A stretch of 64,000 nt of DNA from Malacoraja senta (Eukaryota). Both the position numbers and the translations under genes were made by a program. This document shows, piece after piece, positions 59,734 through 64,000 of this stretch; the stretch's first letter is position 1; every line of letters begins with the position of its first letter. The DNA is taken from contig CM075996.1 in the NCBI GenBank assembly GCA_038087875.1, positions 9,488,001 through 9,552,000 on the forward strand, read 5' to 3'. Below the pieces are notes generated by a model. It did not search any database, was not told where the DNA came from, and saw only the letters and a list, made by a program, of their open reading frames with translations.

Positions 59734-62700
59734 ACTCGAGAGGGGCCGTTGTTTTCGCGCGGTTTTTCCCTTGCGCGCGTTAGTTCAGCGCTGACCACCG
59801 ATGTGGCCAGACGTGTCTGTTAAACCTGTATGCTGCAACTTGAACTTTTAAATAAAGTATTGTTGAAAACTCCAGGAGTCGTTTATCAGACCACTAAATT
59901 GGTGACCCCGACCTGTCTAGCCGTCGTTAGACAACAGAATTATGCAAGAAGAAGGTCTTCCTGCAGAATCAGCCAGCACGAGGCAGGGCTCACCGGCCTT
60001 CAAACTGCCAGCCTTTTGGCCCGATCAACCTCAGGTGTGGTTCGCCCATGTGGAGGCACAGTTTCATCTACACCGTATCGACCACGATGAGACCATGTAT
60101 TTCCATGTAGTAGGAGCGTTACCGCAGGACTGTGCCTCGAGGCTGTTGCCCTTTATTAGAGACCCTCCGTCCACCGGCATGTACGAAGGGTTGAAGGCCC
60201 TGTTATTTCATGCTTACGGTCTTACCCGTAGAGACAGGGCGGCAAGATTGCTACATATGGACTGCATCGGCGACCGAAGGTCATCGACGATCATGGCCAA
60301 GATGTTGGCCCTGATGGACGGGCATCGACCCTGCTTGCTTTTTGAACAGGCGTTCTTAGAGCAGATGCCCGACGAAGTGCAGCTGATGTTAACAGGAGCT
60401 GATTTCAGCGACCCGCAGCGGCTCGCGGAAAGGGCCGATGAGCTGTGGGCGCTCAGACGGCGGGACGTACACGCCGTCGCCCGCCCCATGGTCACGCAGC
60501 GGGTGCAGCCGAGACGACATCGGGAAGGAGGAGGAGACCCAGCCCAGCGTCGAAGATGAATCGTCGCGGCCAATGGTCTACATCCAACGCAGATGGCGCT
60601 ACGGAACGGAAGCCCAAAGAATGTCGGAGCCCTTGTTCGTTTCTGGGAAACGCCCAGGCCGATCGTCCGTAAAGGTGAACGTGATCGGCCCCAACGCACG
60701 CGTCTTCGTCCGCGATCGCCATTCCAGCCACCGTATCCTGGTAGATTCAGGTGCCCATGCCAGTATCCTGCCTCCAAACACCCGGGACCTCCGTGCGGGT
60801 AAGGTGGGACCTGTCCTCTCGGCCGTTATAACGGGAGCGATATTCGCACCTACGGCACGCAGACCGCGAAACTAAATTTCGACTCCCACCAGTACAGGTG
60901 GAAGTTTATCGTTGTTGACGTCGCCCAACCGATCCTGGGCGCAGATTTCTTGCGCGCGTTCTCCCTGTTAGTCGATGTACGGGGTGGTCGCATGATCCCT
61001 GCGTCGGGTCCACACCCTGACACACCGCACAACCGGTCAATGTCCCTGCAGCAACTCGCCGAGGTGGCTGAGATCCAGCAACCTTTCACGACCCTGCTCG
61101 CCGATTTTCCAGGGTTGCTCACGCCCCGGTTCGACGGGGCCGCGCCCCATCATGGCGGGGTCCACCACATTCCCACCGAGGGTCCACCAGTACACGCCGC
61201 CGCGCGCCGCCTCCCGCCCGCTAAACTGCGCATCGCACGAGACGAGTTCCAACTCATGGAGGACATGGGAATTGTCCGACGGTTGGATAGCCCTTGGGCC
61301 TCCCCATTACACATGGTACCTAAAGCGTCCGTGGGCTGGAGACCTTGCGGCGATTACAGGCGTTTGAACGCAGTAACTACAGCCGACAGGTATCCACTCC
61401 CGAACATCCAGGATTTCTCGGCCCATCTGGAAGGTGCGACCATCTTCTTGAAGGTCGATTTTATCCGCGGATATAACCAAATCCCGGTCCACCCCGACGA
61501 TGTCCCTAAGACGGCCACCATTACCCCTTTTGGCCTTTTCGAGTTGCTCAGAATGCCTTTTGGCTGAAAGAATGCAGCTCAGGCGTTCCAGAGACTAATG
61601 GATCAGGTCGGCCGGGGTTTGCCATTTATTTTCATCTACCTGGATGACATCTCGCAGGCAGAGCATGCCAAGCAACTCCGCCTACTTTTCGAACGGCTGC
61701 ACAAACACGGGTTGGTGATCAACCCCGAGAAGTGCCAGTTCGGTCTGCGCTCCATCTCGTTCTTAGGGCATAGCATCATCTCTCAGGGAACGCAGCCACT
61801 TCCCGAGAAAGCCGACGCTATCCGTCATTTCCCCAGGCCATTATCGGTCAAGGGTCTGCAGGAGTTTATCGGGATGGTTAACTTTTATCACCGATTCGTC
61901 CCGTCGGCAGCCGCCATCATGCGGCCGTTATTCCAATGCCTGGCCGGTAAGCCCAAGGACCTGGTCTGGTCCGAAGAGGCACAGAAGGCATTCGAGGGGG
62001 CTAAAACTGCATTGGCCAACGCCACCATGCTGGTACACCCCAGGGCTACGGTCCAAACGGCCCTCACCGTGGACGCCTCCGACGTCGCGATAGGCGCCGT
62101 CCTCGAGCAGCGGGCAGGTAATCGCTGGGTGCCGTTGGCATTTTTCAGCAGGCAACTGCGAGCCCCAGAAGTTAAATACAGCGCTTTCGACAGGGAGCTC
62201 CTTGCGCTTTACCTAGCGATCCGTCATTTTCGATATTTCCTGGAGGGGCGCGCTTTCACTGCGTTCACCGACCACAAGCCGTTAACTTTCGCCTTGTCCA
62301 AGGTCTCTGACCCTTGGTCCGCCAGACAGCAACGGCACCTCGCCTACATTTCCGAATTCACGTCTGATATTCGACATGTGGCAGGTAAGCTAAATGTTGT
62401 GGCCGTCGCAATGTCCCGTCCAGCGCTGCCCGAAGTCTCCGCGCTTAGTCTCGGCGTTGATTACGAGGAACTGCTGAATCAGGACTGAAGCTGGTAAGAG
62501 TGCCATGCGGCAACTCCGGCGTGCAAGTCCTTTGTGATATTTCCACCGGTAAAGCCCGTCCTATTGTCCCGGTCGCTTGGCGGCGGCGGATTTTCGACAC
62601 CATCCACGCCTAGCGCACCCGTCCATTCGCGCCACCTCTGCTTTGGTCACGGCTAAGATCGTTTGGCACGGGTTATGGAAGCAGGTCGCTGCATGGGCCC

Positions 62701-63784
62701 GTTCCTGCATCCCATGCTAGACCTCCAAAGTGCAGAGACATGTACACCCGCCGGTCCAGGATTTTGCCGTCCCGGACGGCAGGTTCCTGCACATCCATGT
62801 AGACCTGGTAGGTCCCTTACCTTGTTCGCGCGGGGCTACCCACTTACTGACTATCGTAGACAGGTTTACCAGTGGGCAGAAGCAATCCCGTTAGCGGATA
62901 CCTCTGCTGATGCATGCACGAGGGCAATGGTATCCCATTGGATCGCTCGTTTCGGGGTCCCCTCACAACATTACCACCGATAGGGGGGCCCAGTTCACGT
63001 CCTCCCTGTGGTGTGGTATGGCGCAGCTGTACGGAGCAAAGCTGCACCAGACTGCCGCTTATCACCCGGAGTCTAACGGGTTGGTTGAGCGGTTCCACCG
63101 GCACCTTAAGTCGGCGTTAAAAACCAGACTCACCGACCCTGATTGGGTCGACCAGTTACCTTGGGTCCTCCTTGGCAACAGAACAACGCCTAAGGAGGAC
63201 CTCAAAGCCTCCTCGGCCGAGTTAGTTTACGGCTCGGTTTTGCAGGTTCCCGGGGATTTCTTGCCTGTCCCCTCCGGACCAGGAGGTTTCAACCTCACAG
63301 TTGTTGGCGGACCTTCGTGAGCGGCGCGCGGCTTTGGTCCCGGTTCCCACTTCCCGGCATGGTTCGTCTTCGGTGCATGTGCCTACTATGTTACGGAATT
63401 GTGTTACGCCCTTCCTCGTTCGCGTTTTTCGCGTCCCCCCGGTCCTGTTGTACCGGTCCCAAATGTTACGCTCGCCCCACGTCCTCGTATCACGCGTTCC
63501 GGTCGTACCGTCCGTTTACCCGCGCGTTTCCGTACCACGGATTCTGGGGGGGGCCATGTAGCGGCACCCGTTAGCGCACGCAGATATCGAACCTGGCGTT
63601 CGGAAGCCGCGGTCATGTGACTCGGGAGGGGCCGTTGTTTACGCGCGGTTTTTCCCTTGCGCGCGTTAGTTCAGCGCTGACCACCGTTGTGGCCAGACGT
63701 GTCTGTTAAACCTGTACGCTGCAACTTGAACTTTCGAATAAAGTATTGTTGAAAACTCCAGGAGTCGTTTATCAGACCACTAAA
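59734..63784 (+). mobile_element. Ty3/Gypsy LTR retrotransposon, CsRn1-like, degenerate
   Basis: 5' LTR 59734-59898 (truncated), 3' LTR 63557-63784, PBS 59900-59912, G-rich PPT about 63545-63556. Gag KLPAFWPDQPQVWF (59942-60559), protease LVDSGA, RT YLDD, RNase H (TVDASD, FTDHKPL), integrase (SNGLVERFHR). Several stops and frameshifts. Confidence 0.93.
59900..59915 (+). promoter_or_regulatory. Primer-binding site complementary to the tRNA-Trp 3' end
   Basis: TGGTGACCCCGAC directly after the 5' LTR; tRNA-Trp ends ...GTCGGGGTCACCA. Confidence 0.85.
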
Positions 63785-63809
63785 ACATAAATATTACCCC
63801 ATCCTTATT

Positions 63810-64000
63810 GACAATAGACAATAAACAATAGACAACAGACAATAGGTGCAGGAGTAGGCCATTCGGCCCTTCGAGCCAGCACCGCCATTCAATGTGATCA
63901 TGGCTGATCATCCCCAATCAGTACCCCGTTCCTGCCTTCTCCCCATATCCCCTGACTCCGCTATCTTTAAGAGCCCTATCTAGCTCTCTTTTGAAAGTAT
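63810..64000 (-). mobile_element. CR1/HER1 3' end running off the window
   Basis: caataga tail and a 3' UTR near-identical to the 42810-43125 copy. Confidence 0.85.

Overview
Vertebrate genomic DNA, very repeat-rich. The SINE and LINE families (tRNA-derived V-SINE/HE1-like, CR1/HER1-like) point to an elasmobranch, probably a skate or ray; this is inference. The window is three contigs joined across two 200-N gaps (27602-27801, 49800-49999). Three spliced genes were reconstructed by hand. (1) The 5' coding part of an SGSM3-like RabGAP gene on the minus strand: 4 exons, 121 codons. (2) A complete 4-coding-exon tyrosinase-family gene on the minus strand (45205-32606). It has TYR-type intron positions, a signal peptide and all six copper-binding histidines, but it stops before the transmembrane exon, so it appears to encode a secreted tyrosinase/catechol oxidase of about 446 aa. 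This is the most interesting item and is a candidate egg-capsule tanning enzyme. (3) Exons 2-4 of an MMP25 (MT6-MMP)-like gene on the plus strand. Single-base homopolymer indels interrupt genes 2 and 3 and look like long-read consensus errors. The rest is mostly mobile DNA: CR1, Rex/Babar, L2, L1 and Tx1 LINE pieces; Penelope-like elements with minimal hammerhead cores and short fold-back derivatives; seven Harbinger-type MITEs; two other non-autonomous DNA transposons; a CsRn1-like Ty3/Gypsy element with a tRNA-Trp PBS; and several satellites. All homology calls rest on recognised motifs, not database searches.
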